From Paramecium tetraurelia (lineage: Eukaryota), in the NCBI GenBank assembly GCA_000165425.1, contig CT868008.1, positions 1-64,000 of the forward strand: 64,000 nucleotides of DNA. Reading direction: 5' to 3'. The notes below the pieces were generated by a model. The model was not told the DNA's origin and did no database searches. It saw only the letters and a list, made by a program, of their open reading frames with translations. Position numbers and translations under genes: made by a program. Shown piece after piece: positions 1-12,039 of this stretch (its first letter is position 1; each line of letters starts with the position of its first letter).

Positions 1-569
1 AACTTGCTAACTTACAAAAGATTTTTATTTTGCAGAACACCTTCTCCATTTTGTTCATGCTTGGTGTTAATGATTGCTATATTCTTAACTATCGATGATG
101 TTCAGAGGTCTCAAATTCTTATAGTCTAATTCTCTTCTCCTCTTCGGATTCTTTTGGAATAGCCACATGAATGCTTTTCTTTAAAATGACTTCTTTTAGC
201 CATTTATTGCATATAAATTACTGTAAAACCTTTTTTTCCTTCTCTGTGGCTTTATCAATCTTCATGAGTTTCTGTAATGGTGTCTGAGTGTTCCAAGGAC
301 AAACGTCCCTTAATGGAGATACCTCCTCAATTATCTTTACATACTTATTACGATCTACTAGTTTTGATTTACAATATTCCATCTTCCATTGGAGTCTTTA
401 ATCTCTTATGTCGAAAAGAATTTCGTTCAGTTCCTGCTCTTGTTGTTGATACCAATGATGGTGATAATCTAATATTTTTTGTTTTAATTTAAAGCATGTT
501 CGTAATCGATTTTTTATCTTTTAAAGCGTGATAACATTTGAGTTTCTATTCCCAATCAATTTTGGACAT
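1..569 (-). CDS. Hypothetical protein, 3' part runs off the window
   Basis: ATG at 569; reads MSKIDWEQKLKCYHALKDKKSITNMLQ... in ciliate code; probable small intron near 330-345. Confidence 0.6.
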
Positions 570-826
570 TTATTTTATTAATATATTTATTTTATAATTA
601 TATAATATATTGTTTAAATCATTTGTTTAATTATAAATGGATTTCTAGTGAGACTTGTTCTCCATGTCTTTGGTTGAATTAAGATTCTATTTGCTCCTTA
701 TTTCTAATGGTTTATCATAATAATAGACATATTAGGGTAATTACTTAGATCTTATGAATGATTTTATCATTAATGTTGATATAGTAGTATACTTATATAA
801 TAAAATATTATTAATTAATAAAATTT

Positions 827-1843
827 ATGGAGACAAATAGGTTGAGAAAGTCAATAAAAGTTGAACTGGAGCATAAGTTTATTCGATAAAAAGCAGAATT
901 TTTAGAATCGGTGGAGAAGTAATTGCAAACGAAATAAGAAAAGCTGAAAGAACAAATCTAAGAAGATTATTAAAACTTAATTAATGCTAATGTTAAAATT
1001 GCAGTATTAGAGAGAAAAAATGATGAAAAAGATAAAATAATAGCTGAATAAGAAATAATAATTCGTGGATATAGTGCTACCATCAATAATCTTCAAAATT
1101 AATTTTAATAGCTACCAAAAAATAAGAAATCAGCGTTTGAAGAGATGGAGGACCAAAGAATGATAGACTAGCCATAAAACTAAGTAGAAGATTTAAAAAT
1201 GAAGAACTTGAGATTATCTCTTAAATTGACTAAGTTATTAACATTTTTCACAGAGTTCAAACTTTATGAGTCAGAATTCGCTAGAATTGCAGTCTCAGAT
1301 GAATGCTCATGTGAATAGTTATATAAACCAAAACTGCCAAATCAATAGGATCTTTTAAATCAGTTGAAATAATAGGAGATATATTTTTAAAGTCTTCTCA
1401 GATAATAAGTAAATAATAAATAAATATTTGGGAAGAATAATATAAATAGTTATCTGATAAACATGAAGATCTCACTTCAGAGGTTAAGGATTTGAAAAAA
1501 AAGTTAATGAGACATGATCTTACGACAACAATTGATAAGGAAAAATAAAAAAAAGCGATTTCATTTCTAGGTGAATAAGTTGAAGATCAGAAAAAATATA
1601 TTGCTGGTTTATTATGGTAGATTAAGGTATTTATGATGTTTATTACTAATTTAGGAAAAAAGCAATACAACTAAATGTAGGACATTTAATGATATTCTCT
1701 TAAAAAAGAGAGTACTCAGTACTGAAGGAAACGAACCGATATTTGATGTAAATAAATCTGGAAGAAAAGTCATTGTTGACCGATTCAAACTTTCAACTTT
1801 ATAGTGTATAGCTTAGTAAAGATTACACACCTTAAATAATTGA
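827..1843 (+). CDS. Coiled-coil hypothetical protein
   Basis: METNRLRKSIKVELEHKFIRQKAEFLESVEKQLQ...; heptad-rich; tiny intron gtatttatg...ttag at ~1627-1654; TGA at 1841-1843. Confidence 0.7.
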
Positions 1844-2002
1844 AATATAATAAAAATTAAGATTTATAATTGTAATTGTAATTCAAGTTATCAGGCATAA
1901 AAATCATTTATACTTCTCCTATTGAAATATTACAATAAAGGATAATAGGAGGATTACAATGAGTCGAAAATTAAGTTTAGTAATAAATAAATAGGAACTT
2001 TT

Positions 2003-2425
2003 TCATTTTTTTGTTAGATGCTAAATAATCACATGCAGTCTTGCAATTTCTTATTTCAAAATAGATTGCTGTTTGAGATAATTTTCCTCCTTTTTATTCC
2101 AGCCTTCTGCTAATTTAATAAATTTTTATTTTATTTTCTCCAATTCTTCAGAGTATCTTGGTTTTGATGTTACAACTCTGGATCCTCGTTTTTATAATAA
2201 AAATCTCTTTTGCTATTCTGTTGCCACAATACATGTTCGAGTTGTTTCAATTTGGGTATGATTACTAAACGATTTATGATCCTTAAGAATTTGCTTTAAA
2301 TTGATCATTGGTTTTTAATGAACTATGCCCATCTCAGTTTTACATCGAGATAAACTTTTGATATTTGAGCAATATTGATCGAATTTCATGTTGTGAACTT
2401 TTGGGGAGAAGCTCGTTTAATTCAT
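2003..2425 (-). CDS. Hypothetical protein (~140 aa)
   Basis: Uninterrupted ciliate-code ORF MNQTSFSPKVHNMKFDQYCS...QHLTKK*. Confidence 0.7.
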
Positions 2426-2440
2426 ATATATATTTATTAA

Positions 2441-2971
2441 TCAAAACTTTTTCCTTAACAAAGTGGATTAACCGAGTTTTTTGATTCTTTAGAAGTAATT
2501 ATTAGCTGAAGGGTAGGCAGAAATTTTAGAAGCTATTTGCATGGGACTATTAGAAGATTACTATTTGACAGGTGTGGATGCCTTATTTGGTGCTTTGCGT
2601 TCTAAAATTTATTTAAATTCTCTTTGGAGAGAACGTATTGATTCTTTCTTCTCAATTTGATTTATATTGATAATTTGGTAGTTGTTATTAAAAATCTAAA
2701 CTTTCTGAGTTTTGGAGTCGCTAACTTTTTTATCCTTAGTGAAACTTTTGTTGAGTTTCTTTACTTAGTCGCTTAATTCATGCACAGATTTTGATTGCTT
2801 TTTGTATTGCTAGATTCCACTAAAAGAGAAGTATTCTGATTCTATTTGATTTTTAGGGAACTAAGCCATTTGAGTTTGCTGAGATGCCTTTTCTTTGAAT
2901 TTTGGAGTGTCAATAGTAGTTTGCTATTTAATAGGAGTTGGAGATTTTGATTTTACTTATTTCTTTTTCAT
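2441..2971 (-). CDS. Hypothetical S/P/K-rich protein (~176 aa)
   Basis: Ciliate-code ORF MKKKQVKSKSPTPIKQQ...STLLRKKF*. Confidence 0.7.
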
Positions 2972-2991
2972 ATATTAATGAATCATCAATT

Positions 2992-3604
2992 ATGAATTTG
3001 TAAATACAGAAATCTCAGACAATTCATATACACTCTAGATAAATATACTGATAGGAGAATGGCTAGCAAATCATATGCTTAGAAGCAGAAATAATACTAC
3101 CATAAATTAACTTTTGAAACTATGATGAAAAAAAGTAATTATGAGTCTCCGATTCACATGACTTTTTTAGAAGGCATTTAAGATGCACTGAATGAGTAAG
3201 GAATCAATAACATTCGTAAAATAACTAAGACCAAATCTATAAGTGAAATCATGGAAACATTGAGTAGGGATATATAGAATTAAAGGAGAAAGCCTTTATA
3301 TATCGCAATAGGTTCATTAATCATATCACAAACATACTTCATAGATCTTAAATTTACTTGTCTAGGAATTATGCATCTGCCATATGGGTGTTAAATTTTG
3401 ATAATCTATATAAATTAGAAAACCTTTAAAGAAAGGGAACTATCTCTAGATTGTAAATATAAATTTTGATCTTTGATAGAGAGAATGAATGGTTTAATTC
3501 AGATAAATAGGATAATCAATGATTACCATAGAATTAATATGCATCTTTAAAGAACTAATGCTGAAATTATAAATATTACAATGTATATACTTATAATTTA
3601 TTGA
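2992..3604 (+). CDS. Hypothetical protein with a hydrophobic segment
   Basis: Frame open from 2996 (ICKYRNLRQFIYTLDKYTDRRMASKSYAQ...). The ATG at 2992 is one base out of frame; alternative start at 3059. Intron ~3453-3479. Confidence 0.5.
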
Positions 3605-3623
3605 TGTTTGAATATATGATTAT

Positions 3624-6017
3624 TCAATATATTGTGCTTTTTCCATATCCAACCTAAACTTAACTGGTTTGGATAGTTGATCTCTGTACTCCTGATTAAT
3701 TCAGTCTTTAAGTAGATGTATCTTAAGATCTCAAGGTTTCAAGCTCAGCTGACATAAGGACTATCAAACATAATTAATCTTCAATTATCTTCTTCAACCT
3801 CCAAGACTCATCCTCACCATTGGTATTGATATTCACATTTCTTTGTGATCCTCTTGGTGACCTGTATTATTAATCAAAGTTGATCTATTTATCCTCATAT
3901 CCAAATGTATTTTATTAAGAAATAAATTGTTAGGAAGCTCCCTATACTCCTGAACCAGAGACTGTTCTCTATCTCTACAATTCCATAGATAACAAGGCTA
4001 ATTTATTCTCGTACTCTGTTAATTATCTTCTTAGTTTTTCGAGTTCATCATTATTCATAGCCTTTCGTCTTGCCTCATCTAATTATAATCGAAGCTAAAA
4101 ATGAAACTATTATTTACATCATTAATTTAAGTCTGTAAATCAGATATAGATTTCTTTAAATAAGAGATCTCTCCTTCAGCATTTCTCAAATCATTTAATA
4201 CTTATTCATAATCTTAAACTGTATTTCTCAAAGCCTCACTAATTCTTTCATTTTCGGCAGCAATCAACAAATAAGCCAATAAAACATTTTGGTATTGACT
4301 CAACTACACAGTACTTTAAGATTCATCTCCTTATCCTAAGCTTTTAGATCCCAAACTACCTGGTTAACCTGTACCTCCTTACAATTAATTGACCAAGGAT
4401 TTGTTGATAACATCAGATCCTCCTTGTAGTGCCTATGCTGGTTATCCTGCTCTTCCACCAACAACAACACTCGAACCTGGTAATTTCTTTATTTTAATTT
4501 CTTGTTCTTTGATGGCCTTTTCTTTTTGATTCAACAGATCTTCTAATTCTTTAATTCTTGAAATTTTATTAGATATAGTTTTAGTTTGTGAATCGATCTA
4601 ATCATCCTATTCTGATATCTTTCTTTTTAATTTTGCTATTTCATCGTTCAATTCTTCAATTTATTCTTTGAGTGATTCAATCTCATTTTTCAATTCATCT
4701 ATTTCTTGTTCATATCTCTCCTTATCATCATCATTCTGATTAGCAATTGAGTTTAATTGTTGTAATTATGCTTAAGCATTTCTTTGTTAGTCTTACAATT
4801 GAGCAAGTTAGTTTTGCAATTATTGCAATTACTACAACAATTATTATTTTTCTCTCTCCAAATTGGCAATCTAATCCTTTAATCTTTATAATTCAGCTTT
4901 TCAATTATTAGATTTCTCTATTTAAGTTATCAATCAATCTAATTTTTATCTTCTAATTATTGGTTTTTATCTCTCAATTATCTTTATAGATTATCTAATT
5001 CTTATTCCAATTTATTGACCTTGATTTGTAATTCCTGGTATTATTGAGCATATCTTTCCAATTCCTAAATTCTTTGATCTTTAAGCTAATTGTCTTAAGC
5101 GAGTTAAGCAACCTATTAACCTAACTTATTGCATTCAGCATTTTTGTCATTCAATGATTTCTTCAATTACTCTATTTCTTTCAAGGCATCAGCCAATTTC
5201 TTTTTGATATCCTCTTAGTCCTTCTATTGCTTTCTCAATTTATCGACTTCCTTATTGGGATCATCTCCCAATTTCTTCTTCATATCATCTAATTCTTTAG
5301 ACTTTTTCTTTAATGCATCCAATTCCTTCTATAAATCACTCACCTTTGCTTAAAGTTCTTTAACTAGTTTCCTTAGCTTTTCCAATTCATCAAGATCATT
5401 TAATACATCTTCAAGATCTCTGCCATTCAACAATTCTAAATGATGATCATATTTTTCTGCTTTTTCTCTAAGAGAAATCCAATAAATCTGATAAGTCCTC
5501 CATCGATTGTCCATCCTTAGCCAAATTATCCAATAACTCAGCCTTTTATTTTAAAGCTTCGATGTCAAAATCTAAAATAAAAGATCATACTATTTGATTT
5601 ACCGCCATCTCCTCCAGTGATGTCTTCCAACTTATTGGAGACCAATTGTATTTCCTATTAAAAGTCCTTTACTTGACCCTCTAGTTGTTGGGCTCTCTGA
5701 TTAGTTGAATTTAGTTGAGCCTTCAATTTGTCATTATCCCGTTTTAGCATATCATTTTCAGCCATAAGCTATTGCAATCTGTTCATCAGATCTCCAATTT
5801 GCTTTTCGTAATTGAGTCGATCAACTCTAAGATTTGAGATTTCTTTTGACTTCCTCTTTAAGCAAATTGTTTTCTTGTACCAATCTGTCCAACTCAACTG
5901 CCATAGCAAAACACACAACATCCATGTTTTTAGAAAGATCCTTTCTATGTTCAGAATACACAGAATTCCTTTTATGAAATAAAAGTCATACATGTATCTA
6001 ACTCGATCGTCTTACAT
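3624..6017 (-). CDS. Large coiled-coil (cytoskeletal-type) protein with apparent frameshifts
   Basis: MQDDRVRYM(intron)NSVYSEHRKDLSKNMDVVCFAMAVELDRLVQEN...; long heptad region; G/S/Q-rich linker; second related motif LLAYLLIAAENERISE; G/Q/Y-rich tail; four +1 homopolymer insertions. Confidence 0.7.
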
Positions 6018-6227
6018 TAGAAAATAAAATTTATATTGTTTAACTCATGATTCGAGCATATCAAATATGAGTTATTTTGAGACACAATCCAATCGTCTTA
6101 CTCTTTGGGATCACAAACTTATGAATCTGCAAAGACACATAAAAATACATATAAAAAACGACAACACTATTATAAAATAGAAAATGAATAATTATAAATA
6201 TTCTATAAAATTTAAAATTAAATCGTT

Positions 6228-8132
6228 ATGGAACTCTTATGTTCAATTTGCGGGTAAGAATTAGACATCTGTGTAAGATGGCCTCGCTTGATTCCAAATA
6301 CAGGAGACACCATTTGTTAATTGTGCGTGTAACAAATAGTCGACTAAACCATTGAGGCTGATAAGATTATACATTTATAAAATGATTTGACTCAAGTAGT
6401 GTTTCCCATTTAAAATTAGTTATAATAAATCAAATAAAACTAATTGAAACTGGACGACTTTCCTCTCAATCAGAGCTTATTGCGAATTCTGTAATTGCAA
6501 AAATCAAAGAATCTAAGACCAATCAATTTAGAATCGAAAATGACCAATCAAACTTTCGAGGAATGGCCATCAGACGAAACAAGTATTGATAGCAATTTCT
6601 TGGATGAATTGGCCACTTCTGTGAAGAAACCCTAAAAGTTAAATTTGAAACGATTCAGAGATCAAGACGATAGTTTTGGTTCTCTAAATTATTCATACAA
6701 TTCTGGGAAGCTGTGTCAAACTCATCGCAGACAACTCGAAGTAGTTTGTCTCCAGTGTCAAACTATGATTTGTACTAATTGTGCTTTATTTGGAAGTCAT
6801 AAAGGTCATTATATTTATAGTGAGGAGGACATCATATCACTGTTAGAGATGAAGGCACAAGAACTTACAGAGATGGTTGAAAGAATTCACAAAGAATCCT
6901 CGTCTATTTCAAGAAGCAAGCATGAATAGGACTTCTAGGCTTAGGTTTCAGAAATGCAACGTATTGCTGTTGATAAGTTAAAGAAGGAATTTGCAGAATT
7001 GAGAGATAAAATAGATTAAAAAGAAAAGATTGTAAGTGTATACTTTTTCTAAACTTAGTTAGTGTCCCAAATAATGATTGCTACATCCAACAATATCAAC
7101 AAGTTTAGTGATTGGTGGAATAACACTATCCATATTGAAAAGGAATGCCAATCTTGGATTAAATTAGCATCAAGTGCTTTTGAGTAATTCACAGAATAGG
7201 TTAAATATTGGGAATTACTCAATCTAACTGATAGTTTGAGAGCCAATGGACTTCAACTCTAATAGTAAGAGTATTTGTTAATTAAATAAGAGAAGTGAAG
7301 AAAAACCAATAATAGATTAGAACAAAAAAAGATCAATTGATTGGTTAAGAAATTAATGTTAAATTTAATTGGAATGCACTCAAACTTGAAGACTTTTGTA
7401 AAATAACTGAAGGGCCTGAATTAACTACAAACAATAATAACTAGTCTCAATAATCCCCATATTTATTAAGTTCGTTTAACATGCAATAATCAATTGAGGA
7501 AACAGATTTATTAAATGATGTAAGTGCTACATTTGCAAATGAAGCAGAACCTGTTAATTAAATCAAGAGAGTTTATAGGAGTGCCACTCCCACTAATCTA
7601 ATGAATACTGAAAATTGTGATCCCACCTTATCACCAATAGTAAATTAGTAAATAAAAATTGTAGGAAAGTAATAGAGCTTCGATTTGCAGAAAGAAATCT
7701 TAAGTTCCGATGAAATTATAGTTGTATATGGATGAGTTGAGAAAGGGTAAGACAGACGTTGCAGAATTCAATAATTTAGAGAAAGATATGTTGGTTGTTT
7801 TGGGGAATGAAATTAAACATTGGAAGGTGAAAAGTGTGAAAATTATGAAATCCAAATTGTTGGATGATCAACTCCTGTAGTTATTTAAGGGTATGTTATT
7901 TATTGATTCCTTTAATTTAGCATTGTCATAGAATGATAATATTTAGAGTGTAAATTTATCGCAGAACTCATTAACCGATAAAAGCATCGATACTTTATTC
8001 TAGTTATATCAAAATGGATTGATTGGCATTCATCTTAAGAATATAATTGTGTCATAAAATAAGATTAATGCCAGGAATGTAAAGTAGAAGATTGCTGATT
8101 TTAAGAAACTGGGTTTGATTATAACATTATGA
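6228..8132 (+). CDS. TRIM-like protein: degenerate RING, B-box zinc finger, coiled coil, C-terminal LRR-like region
   Basis: N-term CSIC...PRLIPNTGDTICQLC...DFPLNQSLL; B-box CQTHRRQLEVVCLQCQTMICTNCALFGSHKGH; C-term LxxLxLxxNxL-type repeats (VNLSQNSLTDKSIDTL). Confidence 0.75.
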
Positions 8133-8151
8133 TAATTAACAAAAAACTATA

Positions 8152-10436
8152 TCATAAATCATACTATTAAAAGTGTCTTCTTTTCTTTTATTTACGCTCA
8201 TCCTCATCTACTTCATACAATTAAATTTCTTTCTTTAAATTTAGTTAACTGTATAACTCCTTGGTTGAATCATTGAAAGACTCCATTTCTTATTACACTG
8301 AGGATCCTTCGAATTTACTCTTCTATAATTTGGCATGGGCTGTGGAGACTCTCTTTAAAGTCTAAGCAGTCATTTATCTTTCAAATCTAGATTACTCCAC
8401 ATCTTTCTTCTGATTTAATATAGTCATCCATTCAGCAGGCAAAGGTTCACAGGTACAATAGTCAGGATTTGGTAATTGAATTCCAAAATGATCTTGTAAC
8501 TTAATTCTAGTAACATTTACTGGTCCTGAATCCACAAGTCCTAATGTTAACTAAATTATTAAACATTAAATACATTTAGTGACCAACTCAATATTGGATA
8601 ACAATCCTTTACACTAAACACCTTAAGGAATTCTCTTCTGATAACTCTTTCTGACAGTAGTTCTTAGAGTTCAAGTTCTAATGTACCAATCCTTGTATTG
8701 TCTTAGTATAAATACATAGGAAGTACTTTTAACTGATTCACATATTCTATCCAACCTTTGCGTTGATCACTAAAAAAATAATATAGTCGCATACGATTTA
8801 GTGTTAAGAAATAACCTTTATCAAATAATTAACCTTAGATCAAATCTAATTTGATTTTGAATTTCTATTCAAAGATATTGCATTCAATGTAATAATGTTT
8901 AGACAAATCAACATTCTGAGGTACATCTCTGATTGAATGAATCAATATTCATAAATCTAAACCTGTTCAGAATTCTTAATGACTGTATTATGAATCATAG
9001 GAATAAGTTAATTATTAAGTATCAATTGCTTGGTGGCAGAGATGTTGAATATTTATTTAGAATCCTCTAATCCAGTCTTAACAGTTTCATTATTTACTTG
9101 ATTGGCTTTGAGTGTCAACATCTAATTGATAGTATCATAATCACTAGGCAATCCCAACAACTTATTAAATTGCAATTATAATTCAATTAGCTATTCTGTT
9201 TCCTTGTATAAAGTGTAACATTATTTACAAACTTTATGTTCATGATAAAGGTTGCTGACTTCAAGATTGGTGACATCAGATCTGTCAATCCAATTGAATG
9301 TCTTACCTCTCCAGTAGAGATGTTTATCAGTTTGAATGATCATCTTAAGAGTCATCTTATATTATAAATGTTATTCTGGATAGGATTGCTCACAATACTT
9401 GCAAATCTTTTGTTTTTAACACATGTCAGCAACTTTGGCCTTGGGAGTTGAAACGGGTTTCTAAACTATAGGTTATCCCTCCTCATTTATTTCTTCTCCA
9501 TAATGAGTGATAGACTTCCACATGATCTTTTCTGGACTTTTGTCAATAATGAATCCCTTCACATTGACAAACCACCAGATTCCACTTTCATCTTTTATGA
9601 AATCAGCTGAAAACTCTTTAAAAGTGATATGCAAATGTATATAGAGGTAAGTGAGAAGATTCTTAACATAAGGGACAGTCTCATCAACATACTTACCTCG
9701 ACAAGTATTCACAATAGTGCATGAGTTTTACAGATTCACATTGGTAGCATATTTAGTCATTTCAGTCTTAGGATTGGTTGATGGAGAGAAGTAATCCTCT
9801 TTATTTGTTATGATATAGCAATAGGGATTCTTATCTTTTCTCCAAATGGTTCTACAGATAAATGCTTTGGGTCCATTGCTCTTGACGAACTTCTGGATGA
9901 CACAAAGATCCATACGATTTGAGAAGTTGACATTTATCTACGATTGCAAATCTCTACAGCAAACTAACTTTACTTCATTGCCTAACTAATTCCATGTTGC
10001 GAAACTATTGTTTTTTAACCACTGCTACAAGTTCATCGGGGGGATGTGTAATTGGCCAATTTGCTAATAACATTTTTTTGGATGTAAAGGTATCTGTTCT
10101 AAATACGTAACCTCTTGAATCTGAATATAACCAATAATTCGGCATTTCTCTATCATTCAGCACTATCGTGTCAGGTACCCATAATTATAACCTGTTTATC
10201 ACTGATTAATTGGACTATTCGCTGTCTGGTCGACGAGCCAGATATTTATAGAAATGAATGAATCTCTGAAAATCAACTGAATATTGACGCTCCTTTCCAT
10301 CCTCGTCATACATCAAATTGACTTATGCCAACAATTACTCGTATTTCCTTTTGACATCCTATTACCTCTGACGTTGCAGTACATAGGGGTCTTGTAGATT
10401 CTATAACTGTTTTATCATCTCATCTCTATTTTACAT
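8152..10436 (-). CDS. Uncharacterised protein with ATP-grasp-like segment and CxxC pairs
   Basis: MQNRDEMIKQLQ...WVPDTIVLN...VIQKFVKSNGPKAFICRTIW...ADFIKDESGIWWFVNVKGF; KICKYCE and VCNKCY; insertions at ~9984-10079. Confidence 0.7.
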
Positions 10437-10545
10437 TTTATTAATTTATAAAGTAAAATAAATATCACGTTAATCAAGAGAATTACAACTACAATTAAAC
10501 ATAATTCAAGATTCTGTTGACAATTATCTAAAAATATAAATTAAA

Positions 10546-11563
10546 TCATGATTATTCCATTAAAAGCTTATCCTCTGATAAATCAACAAAGCTTGATTCT
10601 TTGTTCAAAACTGTTAGTGACAATGAATTGAATTGGCCTTGAATATTCATATCACATGTACCTAATTATTAATTGTCCTTCTTTTCTCTTCTATTCTTTT
10701 GTATTGTCTTCAAATCACCTAGGAATGTATTCAAAATGTTATCGATGTAAACTACTTCTGAATCCTACTCTCCTTCCAGCTGCTCCAATTGACTTGAGAT
10801 GTCTGTCACATCATATAGATGCAACATCTAACGTAAATACTTATTTTCTGCTTAGAGACTAGCGATTATACCCTATTAACTATCATTTTAATAGAATGAT
10901 ACTACCTCCGAATCGTCATTCTATTTCAACTAATCTTATTAAACTAATTCAATGATTTTCAGCATCTTCGTTTTTAAAATCTTGTTTCTCTCTTGTAATT
11001 ATTCATTACGCTTCTATATATTCATACATGATATAAATACACCTTCTCTTTCAACCACTCTTCCTTATAAAACCTTGTCTTCTGCACTTCCTTATCCTTA
11101 GTCAACAACTCTGACTTCAATTGTCTGTATTTTTTCATCACCTCATCCAATACTCTCGAGTAATCCTTAGTCGCTGAGTCGTTAATCGGCTCTCTTCTCT
11201 CTTTGTAAATTGATACATTTTCGTTGCGACTCCTATTATTACTCAATTGATGCTGCTTTTTGTTTTATTCATAATGCAAACTAATCTAAGGAGTGCGAAA
11301 AAGAGTGGGGGAACACGAATTATCATCTAAATATTAAATGACTCGTGTACTTTCAATCTTGCCCTTTCTTTAATTTGGAGTTTGCTCTCTTCTTTAATTC
11401 GGAGATGTGAGCTAATTAAAATTATGCTGCTACAAGAGAGGAGGCTCTTTCTTAAATGGAATTTAAATAGTTTTCTTATTCTATGACAAATTGATACTTT
11501 GAACTCGTCCTGTTTTTGTTTAATTTGCTAAACAAATAATTTGTTTTCCTATAAAGTATTCAT
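10546..11563 (-). CDS. Hypothetical coiled-coil/low-complexity protein
   Basis: Long ciliate-code frame including SNNRSRNENVSIYKERREP...; several tiny introns; start uncertain. Confidence 0.55.
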
Positions 11564-12039
11564 ATTTTTGAATTTAAATTATTTATTAATATTACTTCTG
11601 ATAACAACTTAAATTTTTAGATAAGCCAACCTCTAAAACACTCACTACCCTATTTAAAATAGTGTGTACGTGACTATTAACTTATTCCTAATATCTTTGA
11701 ATATTTTGTTGTATAAGATACTTACATAAATTTGTAGTATTTAATTCAAGCTTATCTATTATATTAATAAGTGATTCTGTATGAATTACAAATGTTGAAA
11801 TAAAATCTATATGATTTTTCTAATTTTCACAAAGATCTAATCTAATTCTAGTATAATTAAATCAATATTTTAAGAACTTTGTTACAATAATTGTTGAATA
11901 ACTTTTATTGTAAAAAAATCACTCATAATATTCAATCAAGATCCTTAGAATCAATAATCAAAGCGTTAATCACATTGGGTCGATTTGGTTCTCGCAATTA
12001 CATAATATTGATGATTATATAAAAATTAAATTATCTGAA

